Positions 1 to 16,452 of a DNA stretch of 64,000 bases are shown here, in pieces. Location: NCBI GenBank assembly GCA_003971905.1, contig RSEE01000095.1, forward strand, positions 124,001 to 188,000. Reading direction: 5' to 3'. Origin of the DNA: Moniliella sp. 'wahieum' (taxonomy: Eukaryota). A program made the translations under genes and the position numbers. The notes beneath the pieces were generated by a model. That model saw only the letters and a program-made list of their open reading frames with translations. It was not told the DNA's origin and did no database searches. Numbering within the stretch: position 1 is the first letter of the stretch; every line of letters starts with the position of its first letter.

Positions 1-903
1 GTTTTTGCGGCTGGGTCGAGGTGGTAACAATGATCCCGTTGGTCTTTTGACGAGCCCAGAGGTGCAGGACGCCAGCCTCGGTGCCCCGGCTTGGCCTGGG
101 CAATGGCCGTGACCGCCTTGCGGATCGGACTGTCAGCCGACACGCTCTTGTGCGTCAACGGTGCCAGCGAGGCGTACACGGCAATTGTGATTCCGTGCGC
201 GCGCGCATAGTCCAACGTTGCACGCGTCTTGTCGTCGCCCCACAACAGGGGGTGGAACTCAATCTCGTTGAGCTCGATCGGGTACTTGGGGTGCGCGTCA
301 ACCACTTGTTGCAAATCAGGTGCAAGCCAGTTGCTGACCCCAATGGTTCTAGCACAGCACAAAAGTCAAATCGTTAGTCAATCGTTCGCCAATCGTTAGC
401 CAATCGTCCCCATCCGCTCCGCATCCCAGCGGGCGAAACGAATCCAGCACATTCTCCCCACATTCGCCCAACACTCACTTGGTCACTCCTTCATCGCGCA
501 GCGCCTCCAGCGCGTTCCAAGCCGCGAGGTTGGTGGGTTCGCCTCCCTTACCGCGCGGCGGGTGGTGGAGGAGGAAGGCATCGAGAGCCGAGACTTGGAG
601 GTCAGTGCGCTCCTTGCGGCCCGAGGCGAGGATGGCGTCGTGGCCGTCCTTGATGGGGTTGTTGACCTTGGACAAGACATAAATGTCGCTGGGCGGGATG
701 CCGCTGTTGCGGATCCCTTCGCCGTTGGAAGCCGAGTTGCCATAGACCTCGGCGGCGTCGACACTGCGGAAACCGAGCTGGAGCGCTTCGGCCACAATGG
801 CGCTCGAGGGCTTGTTGTAGAGCGCGGTGCCGCTGCCAAACGATAGCACCGGGGCGGGCTTGGTAGGGTTGGAGGCGAACGTGATGGACGGGATGGAAGG
901 CAT
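1..903 (-). CDS. Aldo-keto reductase (3' end runs off the window; one intron ~349-478)
   Basis: Exon 1 has FGSGTA, GFRSVDAAEVYGN, IYVLSKV and DAFLLHHP. After a GTGAGT..TAG intron the frame reads IGVSNW...NEIEFHP...GITIAVYASLAPL, which are AKR signature motifs. Confidence 0.9.
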
Positions 904-1434
904 GGTCAGTGCGATGGGAGCAAGGGGTGGTGGAGGGGAGACACGAAGGAGGTTGCGGCGTATGGACGGAAACCACCCAGCCGAGCACATGACGCCATGG
1001 CCACCAACCAATCGCACACGCCCAATTGGATCTAACCCTGCCAGCATGATCAGGGCTGCCGCTACTGCGCCAATAAGTCCGAGTTGCTGACTAGCCCACT
1101 AGTCAGGCGAAAGACGCTGGCGCTGACGCGCTGACGAGCGTCTGTAACGTGCTGCAACCTGCGGCAACACCCGAGCTCTCAATCTGATCAATTGGACTGA
1201 ACGTATTTCAAAGTGAAAGAGCTTGGGCCGGTTAAACGTTAACAAGTCTGTTAATGTTGTAACCCCGGTAACCCGGCAACCCCGTGCCCTCGTCTCGTTC
1301 GCTCTCGCACCTCTCGTTGCCGGCCCCCGACTCCTACCAACAGGCTCCTCTCAAGCAATCCTAAACTTCGGGGAGGGGGGGAGGTAACCTAGCGCCTCTG
1401 GGTGCAGCACACCTTACAGACACCAGTCATGTTA

Positions 1435-3465
1435 CTAGTTACTGGGGATGATTGATGATCGATGAGGCTGGATGCAGTGAGACATCCTATGAATTGCTCT
1501 TCTGTGTCGACTAGAAGGCCGATTATGCATCTGGATCGCTCTGGCCAGGAGAGGAGGCGAATTGGACCGCGCCCGAATCGCCGGTCCCCACTTGTAAAAC
1601 ACAAACGGAATGGGCACAATGAGGGTGGTAAGTGCCGCAACAAAGCAACCAGCGCCCACTGTGCCCATCCGCTCGTACATTTGTCGTCCAAACGTGCCAA
1701 TCCCGCCCGCTGCCACACAGCGGACAAACGCATTGGCAGCCATGCCCGACGCGGCCATGCTGCGGTACGCATCGGCGGTATAGGCAAAGTTGCTAATGTA
1801 GCTCAAGCTAAACCCGGCGCCAAACAGCACACAGGCCAAAAGTGGCACGATCCAGTGCACCCCTTTGAAGCAGACCAGAGCAAACCACCAAAGACCTACA
1901 CAGGTGAACGCCGTTCCCCACATGGACGGGACCAGTCGGACTTCAGGGGGTGGAGGCGCATTGTACTTGGAACTGCTTCATATACTGCGGCTCAAAAAAG
2001 ATCGGTACCGAACACAGAGCAAGGCACATGCCGATAAAGATGGCACAAAATGCCTACCAAGGGCACCGCGTACGAGAGGAGGTAAGGTCAGATGCCCTAG
2101 CGGGACCGGAAGAGTACGTACCATGCCTTCTTGCCAAAGACTAAAGCCATGGTCTCGGATAAAGACCAAGGGGAATGCCTCCAAGAACAGGTAAATGACA
2201 CTCAGTGTGATCGCGGACCATACGCAGAGACAAAGCATCATGGGGTCCAGAATGAGGAGGAGAGGAATGCGCTTGATAACGTCCAAACAGTGTGCGCCTT
2301 GCTCACGCCTCGCAGGGCAATTTCCTGTTTGCTCAGCCACGTGTCGTCCCCAGTCTCTTTTCGTAACTTGGCCGATCGAGCACGCAAAATCTTGGGGTGG
2401 TAGGTTTCTGGTACAAAGAAAACAATCAGATCCATAGGACAGTAGCCCAGATGATCAGGGCATAGAAGCTCCAGCGGTAGCTGGTTTGGTACTGGTTGAT
2501 AAAACCCGAGTACATTGGGGCGATCACAGCACCAAAAAATGGAGCAGGAGAAGCAGGAGAGAGGGAGGTAGACTTCTTGGGGGACAAACAAGTCCGTTAC
2601 CGTACCGCCAGCAACCGAAACTGTGAGAAGCGGGGGAGACAAAAACAGAAAAGGAATAGAAAAAGGTAAGTGAACTGAAGCAGAGCAAAATCAGAAGCCA
2701 AATGACATACCAAAGCTGCTAACGACCAAACCTGTCAGAAAGCGAAAGATAAAAAGACGGCGGGATTGTTGGCCAAGGCTACAGGGAGGTTCAGGAGCGT
2801 GTAGGCGGCCAGGCTGATGATGTAGATCATTCGTCGCCCATAAAACTCGCTAAAGGGCGCCCACCAGATGCCACAGCCCAGTCCAACCAAAAAAGTGGTC
2901 ACGCCCAACGTTGTCACCTCGCGGGGAATGTTAAACTGATGCATCAAGTTTTCTTGACCAGTATTGGTCAAACTGCTTGCCGTCGTCCCGCACGTGCACG
3001 CCGTCACAACCGATCAGGACGATGAACCATCTTTGGCCTTGCTCCAGCTTGGGGGGAAACCAGGATCTTGGTAGGGGTCAGGAGAGACGGTTTTGATCGA
3101 GTCTTGGGGTGTGTGCACGTTCCAAGTCACCACGTTGAATGCTTGTGAGGGGTGCTGCGGAGAGAGGTGACGGTACGGCGGATGTCCAAGTTGGTTGCGG
3201 CGTGCATCTCTTGGAGGGACGCAATGTCAAGCTCTTGTTCCTCCGCATGGCTCATCCGCATTGATAGGTCGGTGCCTTCTGGAGCATCGAGGCTCGTCCT
3301 TATTGGCTCGGTGGGGTAAAAATTGGGGGGGTTTGAAAGGGGCCGAATCATCATCTGATTCGCCCCCAGCCTGCTGGTGTAGACGATGAGCCATGCTGGC
3401 CTCGTTGGTGCCCGCTGCGGGGACAGAGGCGCGGCGAGGCGGCTTCTTGGGCTTGTATCCGTCAT
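1435..3465 (-). CDS. MFS transporter, DHA1 drug:H+ antiporter family (frameshifted, intron ~2641-2708)
   Basis: Motifs WAPFSEFYGRR, GGTVTDLF, VPETYHPKIL, PEVRL, YTADAY..MAASGMAANAFVR and YKWGPAIRARS appear across frames. Confidence 0.9.
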
Positions 3466-4714
3466 CGGGGGGGGGGGGGGGGGGTCTGATATCCAACCTG
3501 ATAGTCAACCAACTGCACTCAGAGATCGCGAAGAGTTCAAACGAAAGAAGTGGGTAATGGGATAGTAAGGGTGTTGGATGTACTTTTCGCAGTGCTTGCT
3601 GGGATGAAAACAATTAAGCGGACTTGACAGACTAGGGTATGGGGCCTGTGGCCTGAAGGGAGCGGACGGACGAGGCGGGGGGGGTGGTGGACAAGAAGCA
3701 GATATCAAACAAAGCTGAGAAGGGCTGATGCGCTTATGAGCGAGATGGAGCGCGTGCGCTGGTGCGAATTGTCCCCAAGTGCGGAGATGGGCACACTGGT
3801 TGTGGAGCGGACGCAGCACGGGGTCTGTGTCGGCCGGGGTGCATTCGGTTGATCCTTTTTACCGGGCATCGGTGCATCGGTGCATCAGTGCATCAGCACC
3901 ATCAGTGCATCATGCATCCAGGCATCAGTCCATTTATGGCGGCAGTGTTTGAAACCGCAAATGACTGCCCTGGTTGCCGGTCGGTACACTCCGTCCTCCG
4001 TCGGCGTACAGGTCACTCAGTACTCAGTACTCACCGACCACCAAAGCTATCTACGCCCATAGTGCACCACGTGACTTGCGACCTGCTGAGATCTGGGAGC
4101 GGCTGAGGCCCACCTGGCCATCGAACGCGACGGCCCACAAACCCACACCCTCCCAACGACCACCACCACCGTCTTGCGCTTACATGCCACACATTCATGT
4201 CCAACTCCACACTACCACTGCTACGATTTCGATGCAATTGAGAAAACTCATTTTGCCCCACTCACAGTACTCACTCAGTCCACACCCAACAAGAAACGCC
4301 AACAGCATGTGCAGCTGCTCTCAAACGCGCGATCCCCGCCGCACTGCTGTTCCACAGCAGTCTTGACTAGAATAAGTTAGAGAGCTGAGAGGCTGAGCTG
4401 AGGGTTGAAAGCTGAAACGAACGACGGTAGAATGGTACAAGGAAATCAGGTTGGCCATATTTGCGCCCTCAGCACGCCCTCAAAACTCAACTCAAGCTCA
4501 ACTCAGGATGATCAACAACTACGAGCAACTGTCCATGCTATCATCCGAAGCAACAAGCACAGAATGACGTATACAGAATGATTGTTAGATGTGAGAAGTG
4601 GAGCAGAGGCTTGACACAGTGACGTTGGAACGAGTCGTAGCGCAAGGATGCGCATCATCAGTTTTTTGAGCCGCTGAAGTGAGGAGGGAGTCCTTAGGTC
4701 TTAGGACTTAAGGC

Positions 4715-6721
4715 TTAGGCGGCGTTGTTGGCAGCGGACAGGGCGGCCTGGCGCTTAAGAGCTGGGGGCGAGTCGCCACGGGGGAGGAAGACCTCAACGA
4801 CGTGGGCCTTGTCGGCCTTGTTGAACGACGGGTCAGTCAACAGCTTCTCCAGCTCAGCCTTGGTGTGGATGGCGTGGTACTGCGTCTTGGACATGACCGG
4901 GTCCGTGGCGTGCGAGGGCACGTTGGGCTTGGTCCAGGTAGGCGGGGGCGTGAGGAAGTCAATCAACTTGGAGTGGTTCCAGATCGCAATGTCGTTGTAG
5001 AACTCGTCGGGCCAAAGATTTGGCGCTCAATTTCGTATCCGTCGTTGTTGAGGATAAAGATAAGGGGCGTCAAACCGTGACGGAAGACGGTGCCGAGTTC
5101 CTGTGCAGTAAGTTGCAGCGACCCATCACCAATGAAGTGCACCGTGCGCCAGGACGCTGGGGGTTGTGCTGCTGCAGCTGGCGCAGACCAAGGGCCGCAC
5201 CCAGAACAGCGCCACCAGTGAAACCAATGGAGCCCCAGAGCATTTGGGCAATCAGCTTAGCGTTCTTGGGGAACGTCACGTCGATCAGACCGAACGAAGA
5301 GGTACCGGTCTCACCAAGCACAACGTCGCCCTCCTGGAAGAACTGGCCCATCCGGGGCCAGAAGTAGCCCTGGGTGATGACGTCGTTGGCCTTGAAGCCC
5401 TTCGCGCCGCCAAGACGCGAGAGGGTAAGCTCATCCAGCTCCTGGATCTGCTCGTCCACAGAGGGAAGAGCGTTGAGGGTAAGGGAGCGGACAGGCGCCA
5501 GAAGGGACTTGGTGATGGCCAGGCGCTTCTCAGCCATGCCAGCGAAGGCAGCAGTCAGCTTGGGCAGGAGCCACTTCATCTTGATGTCCTCAAAGACGGC
5601 ATAGCCAATCTTGGTGTGGTCCGAGTGGAGCTCGATGGTGGCCGTGCGCTTGGTACGGTAGGAGAAGGAACCCGTGTTGTAGTCCGAAAGGAGACCACCA
5701 ATCGAGAGGATCAAGTCGGAAGCCTCGACGATTTCCTTGACGGCAGGCTTGCTCAAGCTGCCAAGGTAGACACCACCGAACTGGGCGTTGTTGAGCTCAG
5801 TCACGACCGTCTTGCCCATGGGGGTGGTGAAGACGGGGAGGCCAGTGACCTCGGCAAACTTGCGGGTCTCCTCAACCACGTTGTGGCGCGAGGCGCAAGC
5901 GTCGACCAGGATGATCGGCTGGGTAGCAGCCTTGACACGCTTGATGATCTCGTCAAGCACGTTGCGCTCAATCTCCTCGTTGTTGGGCGAGACCGTGGTC
6001 TGGAGCTTGTACTCTTGCAGGCGCTTGGCAGCCGTAACGGGCAGGGGGAGGACCATGTTGGAGGGGTAGCCAATGTAGACGGGGAGGGAGCGGGACACGC
6101 AGAATTCGAGGATCGAGTCAATGGCGCGGCAAGCGTCAAGGCCAGTGGTGATGTCCTCCGCCTTGGTGCCCTTGGGGATCAGGGGCAGACGGCCCTCACG
6201 GTGCATCTGGTACAGGTCAAGCTGCGCACCCGTGATCTGGCGGGCCATGTTGAGGAAAGCGTCGAACTTGTGGTCACCTAGGAGGCACAAGAGGTCAGAT
6301 GAGAATCCAGCAATGAAAAGGAAAAGGAAAAGGAGGCAAACATACCCAGGGTGTGGTGAAGCAAAAGACCCTCATCCTGAGCCTTGGTCGAGGGAGTGCC
6401 GACAATGTGGATGACGGGCAAGCGCTCAGCCATGCTGCCACCAAGGGCGTTGCAGGCGCTCAGCTCGCCGACACCGAAGGTGGTGGTGAGCACAGCAGGG
6501 CGCGGGTGGCCCTCAGAGAGCACACGGGCGAGACCGTCGGCCGAGTAACCGGCGTTGAGCTCGTTGGAGTTGCCAATCCAGCCGAGACCGCACTCACGCC
6601 AGCGGGTGAGCATGGCGAGGGTGAAGTCGCCAGGAAGACCCTGGACAAACTCGACCTCGAGCTGCTTCAAGCGCTCGCAGAGGTAGTCGGTGAGGGTGAT
6701 GGTGCCAGCAACCGGGGCCAT
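4715..6721 (-). CDS. PDC1: Pyruvate decarboxylase (intron ~6279-6346)
   Basis: YLCERLKQL..GLPGDF, NELNAGYSADG, TTFGVGELSA, LLHHTLG, GETGTSSFG, QMLWGSIG, the TPP motif (IGDGSLQLTAQE...NNDGYEIE) and a C-terminal VVEV. Confidence 0.96.
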
Positions 6722-9700
6722 TGTGGAAAAGGTGGGTGGGAGTACGCAAGAGGTACTGGGGAACGATGGGGAGGGATTTTTTGGGGCGCGGGGAGGGGGC
6801 TTCTTATACTGCTACGGCGGGAATGCCAGTGTGGGTGCATCATCCTGGCCATCGGCAGCAGAGCAGGGAGCCGGCGTGGGTGCTCAGGCTGAGCGGGGAG
6901 GCCGGCGGAGGATTGTGCAAGAGGCAAGTGCTGGATGCTGGCCAGAGCTGGCGATGGTGGGTCGACATTCGCCTTGGCCGCTGAGCCAGAAGGAGCAGTT
7001 TAATTGGGAGGTTTAACTTCAGCCGGGCATGGCGCCAGTGTCACTACCCCTCCTCTTCCGGGCACAGGGGCACTCTTCGGTCCGTGCATACACCCTAGGT
7101 TGTGAGCGCACCTGTGCGGCCGGCGCTACCAGGCACTGGCTGCCCATCATATGATCGGCCATCGATCCATCCTGCCTCCCCATCTTGCCAGATCAGCCAG
7201 AGCCACACCGGGCACCATCTGCCATCACTAGATCACCTATCATCTTCCCTTCCATTTCTTCTGGCTCGAGCGCGTGAGCTAACCTCGCCCCTCCTCGTGA
7301 ATATCAAACTGCGTAGCTCAGCACACGCACCACTGGGCAGCTGCCTACCGCAGCCAACAGCTATACCACGCCAAATTTCAACCCAAGTGGGCGCAGCTCC
7401 ATCGGAAACCCAAACTTCCGCATTCGAAGGGCACACCTCATGGTTGACATGTTGACATTCACAATATTCAATGACCTTACTTCTCTCGGGCCTCGCCTTC
7501 AGGTCAAAACGTTGCAGGGACCGTGGAACCGACGAAGAGCTCGCTCTCAAAAGCACTGGCAGCAGGCTTAACTGTGCCTCTTGGAACTTAGTCTCAGATC
7601 TCAGTTGTCACGGGCCTAGCTAGCGAGGCGGCGATGAGGAATGGAGATGGTATTCCATTCAGCTATACTAAGGAGAGCCAGACCTATGGGCCGTGATATA
7701 TAGGCGCCGGGTTCGGAGGGCAGTGGAAGCTCGTGGAAGGTCCGGGACGCACTGTCCCTCCGGTGCACTGTGTGTATCGGGCCACGTGTCACTAATCACT
7801 GAAGGCCGATGGGCTCTGGGCCACTGGGCGTCAACATCAGTTGGGAGTATGTGACAGTGGGGAGAGCATCGAAAATAGCCACATCCCTGGATGTGTGCTG
7901 CGCGAGAGTATATGTGAGCCCCTCAATTCTCTTCCTGAGGTCTTCCAATACCGTAGAAAAGCCTTCCCATATCGGTCTTCAAGCTTCAACTGCTTTACAG
8001 AGACGAAGATCGATCCGATTATCAGGGATTGTCGCTTGTCAACATTATAGCCTAGGTACACACACGCCAGATAGTTGATCACTGTGCCACAGTTATATCG
8101 GCTAGAATCTTGCTGTTGTCGAGGAAAGAATTTGGAAGGAATGAGACTGCACAGTGGCCGCGCAGCAAACCGGCTTGGGTCTACGGGTGCGACTAACTTC
8201 CAGTGCGACACCATCCCAGCCCTGTCTCTTGCGTGTAATTATTTGATTCCGGGCGGTGGATTCTTCTCCCTTTGGGGCTTCTGGGTGAAGCTCGAAGTGC
8301 GATTACTTTCCTGGGAAGAGATGGAACTTATGCGGAGATTGTGATCAGCTTGATGGTTATCGGTTATCGGTTATCGGTTACCGGTTATGAGATGTCTTGC
8401 AAACCCACCCACACAACAGAAGGATCAGATTGATCACAACATCAGATGTGCTATACCCCAGATTCAGGAAAATGGCATCGTCTATAACTGGTATCGCCAT
8501 ACTTCTCGCATAATCCCACGGTCCACTACTAGCCTCATAACCGACGTGGTAATCTCTCTCTGTAGTATCTCTGGGGGGTAGGCACCCTTAAGCGGGACCC
8601 CCCCCCCCCCCGATGTAGACTTGAGGCTGAACGGATGGGTACTTGGCGTACTCAGGCCTGTTGTGGAGGCATGATGGAGAACCACCGCATTTCAGACCCA
8701 AAGGTCCCTAGCACTAAGCTGGTTGGTGCGTGGCGGCGATCATGAGTGAGGCCTAAGGCTTGTAAATGGATAACACCTCGTCTTCTGGCCGTGGTCGGCG
8801 CTGTTGAGGCACGAGGCTTTTGAGAGATGGACGTAAAAGATGTGGGTTTTGTTGTTTCTCCCTAGAGACAACAAGGGCATGAAGTAAGTCGATCGAGGTG
8901 TGGATCTGCGGTGGCCGTTGGGATGGAGGCGAGCAATACCAAGAAGAATAAGGGTTAGAGGGGGGAGGGTGCCTACAGCGGAAGTGGCTGGAGAAAACGA
9001 TCAGAGAAGCGAAGAGAGGAGATGATGAGGTTTGATGGAAGACCACATATGAGAGACGAGGTACAGAAATAATGTGGATCGACAGAAAAGAGTAACTGCC
9101 TGTGACACGTAAGAGGACGGCAGGAAAGGGAGTGAGCTGTGAGAGCTCACATTCGAGCCTTGGGCGCTGACCGTCATCCCTTCGCTTCCCGCTGTAGGGG
9201 CCAGCATGTTGAGCTTGTCTGGGTGCCTTGAAGCCACCCTTATAATGAGGCATTTGCTGTTCGCTCCATCATTCTTTTCTCATGTGCCTCACTGGCCACA
9301 TATTACCTCTCTTCATCTTCGACGCTGTGATTTGGCTTTTCTTTCCCCTATGCTCTGCCTCGTACAGGGTCGCTCCTCTGTTAGTATGCAGTACTGCCAC
9401 CTCTCCTTTGTATTGCCCTGTTTGTTGTTGTTGTTATTTCAGAGCGACCGTCGCGTCGTCGACAAAGGACGGGTTGGCGGAGTGGGTGGGAGGAGGTGGG
9501 GGCCGCCGTTGATGTTTTTTGTCGATCGCATCTCTTGCGTGGTTGGCAGGGGCAGAGGGCGGAAGGAGTGTGAATGTTGAACGTTTGAACATGCGGCCTC
9601 GCCACGTGACTGGCACAGGTCACATGACCCCTGTCTCTGGGCTGGAGGATGCGTGATGTGTGATGTGTGATGGATACGCACAGCGGCAGATTCCGCAACG

Positions 9701-10058
9701 CCGCACTCCCGCACGGCGCCACACTGGCTGCACGGGCACTCAGCATGCGCACAGGCCATTTGTAATTGGCGCCCAGCCCGCCGGCCCGGCGCCTGTCTTC
9801 CCGCCTCGGTGCGTCACCCATCCCCCGATGCGCTGCTCAGCGGGTGCGGAGGCCACGGGGGCAGTATGCCCCTGCGGCCAGGCTGCCTCCCTCACCGGTG
9901 GGTCATGGCACTGGTTGAACGCTAAACGCATTCAGGCTGAACACGTTGAACCGATGACCGTCGCCCATTGAATCGGCCAGCCTGCTGGCCAGTACTTATC
10001 GGCGTGATAACCGCCCTCTCTCCCCCTCCCCCCCCACCATCCCCAGCGGAGTGTTGCC

Positions 10059-12528
<2,470 letters not shown>

Positions 12529-13198
12529 AATGCACCCCGCCGAGACCCCCTCGGGGCAGGTAAGTTCGTCTTCTACTATAGGATTCGTCTTCTAGGATGC
12601 TATCGATCTTATTTTGTGTGTTGAATGTGGTTGCTGGTAATATAGTGCACCGTAGTTGGCTAGTCTGTTGGATCCGATGGCGGAGGTTGCCGTGGCTCTT
12701 GCGTTTACGCAACAACAGCTTGCAATGGGCGCTCGCCAGGTGTGTGCGGGCGCAGCGCAGCCCAAAGGGACCAAACAATTTAAGAGGGGTGTGTTGCAGG
12801 GGACGACCTCCTATCGGCTATCTAGCGTCTGCCAAGGCAACAACCCCTCCCTTCAAACTTCATTCGTCTGTCGGGAGAAGCACAAAGACCACAGCAAGTG
12901 GGATGACCTGCGCCCGGGAACGAATAATAAGTGACGCCGAACCAGCCAGCACCAGCCAGTACTCGACTAATAATACGACTTGGTCATGGAATGGTGGTCC
13001 CAAGCGCCGCGTCGCGTACCCAGAGCGACCCGTGACCGATCGATGATCGACCGTCCACCGCGTTCGGATCATGCTATTCACCTACAGACGCACAGCCATC
13101 GATCATCGATCAGGCGATCAGGAGCGAGAAAAGGCCCAGGGACGGATGCGAAATTAGAGCGGGCTTAATTAGTCGTCAAACGGTGGTCTCTGCGGTGT

Positions 13199-16100
13199 GT
13201 GGCCACCTGCCGGCCTGAGCAACAGGAACCAGGCGGCATTGCGGGAGTCATCCACAAGTGGGGCAGCATGGTAGGTGCGCCCTCCACCCCCCCCCCCTAC
13301 GTTTCTTGCTACCACCTCTTCGCACACGAGACGTGCAGAAGAGCCAACCAAAGCCCCATCACCCCAGCCCGTCCCGTTCAACGAGAGCGATCCTACCAGG
13401 CCGATAAAATGGACTCGCAGCGAGACTCTGCCGCCGACCCCTGGTCTGGCCTGCCCAGCGAGCCTCACTTTAACCGCCGTGGCAGGGGGGTACCCGCTGC
13501 GTTGGCCGAAGGCCAAACAACCTGGCAGGAGGAGGATGATGTGTTCCCCGTGGACGATATGCTGCTGCTGTGCCACTCCGACAACCCCCACAGAAGGCGT
13601 ATGTTTTTTGGGCTTTTGGCACAGTTTTGCGCGTCAACGGCGAGCGGGGTTCCGTCCAACGACGGAACCGTAACCGAGCTTCAGGATGGTGAGGATGTCC
13701 CGCTGGCCGACGTATGGGATGTCTTGATCGGCAAGCACGTTGCTGTCCGTTCGGTTGCTGTTGCGGGAAAGCAAATTGACCATACCGTGGTCTGGATCCG
13801 GACCGCTGCGCTTGACCTCTTGGTAACCGCCTTGAACGTGCTTCCTCTTCACGTTGCCGCTCTGGACAAGAGCTCTTCGCCCTGGGCTAAGCTCCCTTCC
13901 GCCCCAGCTGCCACCGAAATCACAACTCCCGCCGAGGCTGCCCAGGCTCTCCACAAGCTTGGTGTGGTGTCCAAATTGAGTGCCAACGTTCACTATGTCC
14001 CCAATCCGGATCAAATCTACTCAGTGCTCACTTTCCTCAGCAGTCACAGCGCTGCGGCTGCAGCCGCAGTGGCGCCTCGCCCATGCCTACTTTTGCCTTG
14101 ACAGCCGCAGCCGACCCAAGTGGGGACCATGACCAGCTTGCCCCCTTGGCTCTATTGGACGCGCTGGTCGGCTTCTCCTCCAAGACGGCGAAACAGTTAT
14201 TGGAGGCCCAACCTCTGGGACTGCAGGATGTGTTACTACGGATCTTGACCAGCGTTAACGTTACCACCATCGTGTCGGATCCGCACGACCAAGCACGTGC
14301 CCTTGTTGCAATCCGGATCCTGCACCGTCTTGCCTTGTACGCCTTGGCGACCAGCTTGGCTCACCGTCTCGGGACCGTGTGAGTGCGCTGCTTGTCCAGC
14401 TCACTGCTCATCCCTCTGCCGCCCCATCTCTCTTGAGCGAGACCCTTGCCTTGCTTACCACTTGGACCATCATCTCTACCGACCCTTACCTCCCCGCCGC
14501 CGGGCAGGAGGTGCACTTTGACACTGTGAGCGCATGGCCCGCCTTCAGTTTGGACGTAATCCGTGGAGCAGCGGGGCAGACAATGGTGAATGATGCGGTT
14601 CTGGCCGCTGCCTGTGGCCATGTACACGCCGCTCTTCGTTTAGTGGACGAATACCCAGATGCCCCTTTGCCTCCGGCCGCCTCGCCCTTCGACTCGGACC
14701 GCGCCATTTTACTGCACCTCCTACCTTCTTTGTCTGACCGTGCCCTCGCTACGTTCCGCTCCTTGGCGCACACACAGGCTTTGTACACACAGGCATTTGC
14801 GCCGGCGGCCCATGCCTTGCAGGCTCTCTCTTCGGTCCTCGCTCTGGCAGCGAAAATCGAAGCCTTACCCAGCTCGGTGGTGGAGGAAGCGCAGCGCGTT
14901 GCGCGTCACCTCCTGGACGCCAAGGACGGATGGGATGCCGTAGCCTCGGCTCCAAACTGGACATTTTCTGCGTCGGCAGGAATCATGTCCCCGCGCTTGG
15001 CGGCGGCACGCTACGTTCGCGTGGTATCGTCGGTTGGCCAAATCTGGGTCTGCACGTACTGTGCAGCGCCAGATCGTCCTGGACCTGATTTCCCGCTTGC
15101 TTCCCAATCGAGGCGAAAATGACGTGGCGGAGGATTTGGCTTGTTCCTTGGTGGATGGCGACCCGATGCTGGTCCCCTTTTATCAAGTCAAACTTCGTGC
15201 TCGTCATCAGGCTCCACAGGTCGAAGAAGAGGTAGCTGATGCGCCTGCCTTGGCGGGACCCAGCGTTCATACGACTATGTGGGGGGTGGTGGAGCCACAA
15301 GATGTACAGGCTTACCACGCACATCCATCTTCTACGACCTACCGCGCGACGAAACCAACCACGCTTCTCCTGGACAGGCACCCAATGTGGCCGGGAGAAG
15401 GGATACATTCTATCACCCTTACTTTAAGCCGGACCATATCGGGTTGCCCGCCTTTCCCAATTGGCCTTTTACACCGTTGGATCATCTGGTGTATTGGAAG
15501 ATTCGGAATTGCTTCAGGCCCCGGGCATGCTTCCACCCGACTGGAAGTTTACTCTGGAACAGGTTCTAGTAGCCACGCTGACGTTCGCGTGCGAGCTGTT
15601 TGGTTCGGTGCCCACCCAAGCGCCGCAGGACGGCGTGCCGAGTGCAGCGGCCATATGGTTGGCACTGATGCGAGTCTACGAACTGGATCGATTGCCCGAC
15701 CCGGCGGAGAGAAGCAAGCGAGCCTTGACTGCCGACCCGGGCATTGTAAGGTTGATCCGCAAGCTTGCCGAGAGAGCCATTGCGTCTGAGAAATGCGGTT
15801 GGGAGAAGGAAACGGCCAGCGATGTCGACACGAGAAAAGTTCGTCTTGCCGTCTCTGCGCGGTCCTTACCACCAGTTCCACCACCGTTACTTTGGTCTTG
15901 GGAACCCGATTCGGAGGGTGTCGATGATCCGCTGTTTGCATTGGTCATGTTTCACATGACCAGGGAAAGGGGGACGACGAACAACTCATCGATGTGGTGG
16001 ATTACCCCAATATGCTCTGTGCCGTTCCCGCCACCAAGGACGACGTGCATTTCGCCTCGTTTGTCCAGCCGTACGAAACGAACGAGGTTATGCTGGGAGT

Positions 16101-16452
16101 GTATGCAAAGACTCTGATGAATGGGCGCGTGAATCGGTCCCATTCCTTGATGTGGGCAATCGCAATGACCCACTTGGCTGCCCACGTGTTTGGCCCCGAT
16201 GCGCGTGACATATCTGATTCGGCTGTCGCAGTGACCAAGCTGATCTTTGCTCCGGCTGTTTCGTTTCCCTATGCAGCAGAGGTGCAAGAGGCCCTGCTGC
16301 ATTGGTCGGATGAGCCCGATTCGTCCGGGGTAAGTGAAGCTACCATCGAAGAGCGCGGCAGACCGTGTCGCGTAACCTCAGGTCTCCTTGGTGACTGGAT
16401 GCGTAAGACGGCACCAGGCGAGATGGGATGGGGCAGAGGGTCAATGAGATGA
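13199..16452 (+). CDS. Probable RPAP1/Rba50-like RNA polymerase II-associated protein (frameshifted; start uncertain)
   Basis: VDDMLLLCHSDNPHRRRMFFGLL resembles the RPAP1 conserved block (YTxxELxxLxRS..QR). GLPAFPNWPFTPLDHL and LPPDW..EQVLVATL resemble the basidiomycete RPAP1 C-terminal region. The body is long and helical. Assignment is from remembered family motifs. Confidence 0.55.

Noticed and set aside
8950..8960. CTAACCCT as a telomerase RNA template
   Set aside because: Does not give the ~1.5-repeat TAACCCTAA template; a short match is expected by chance.
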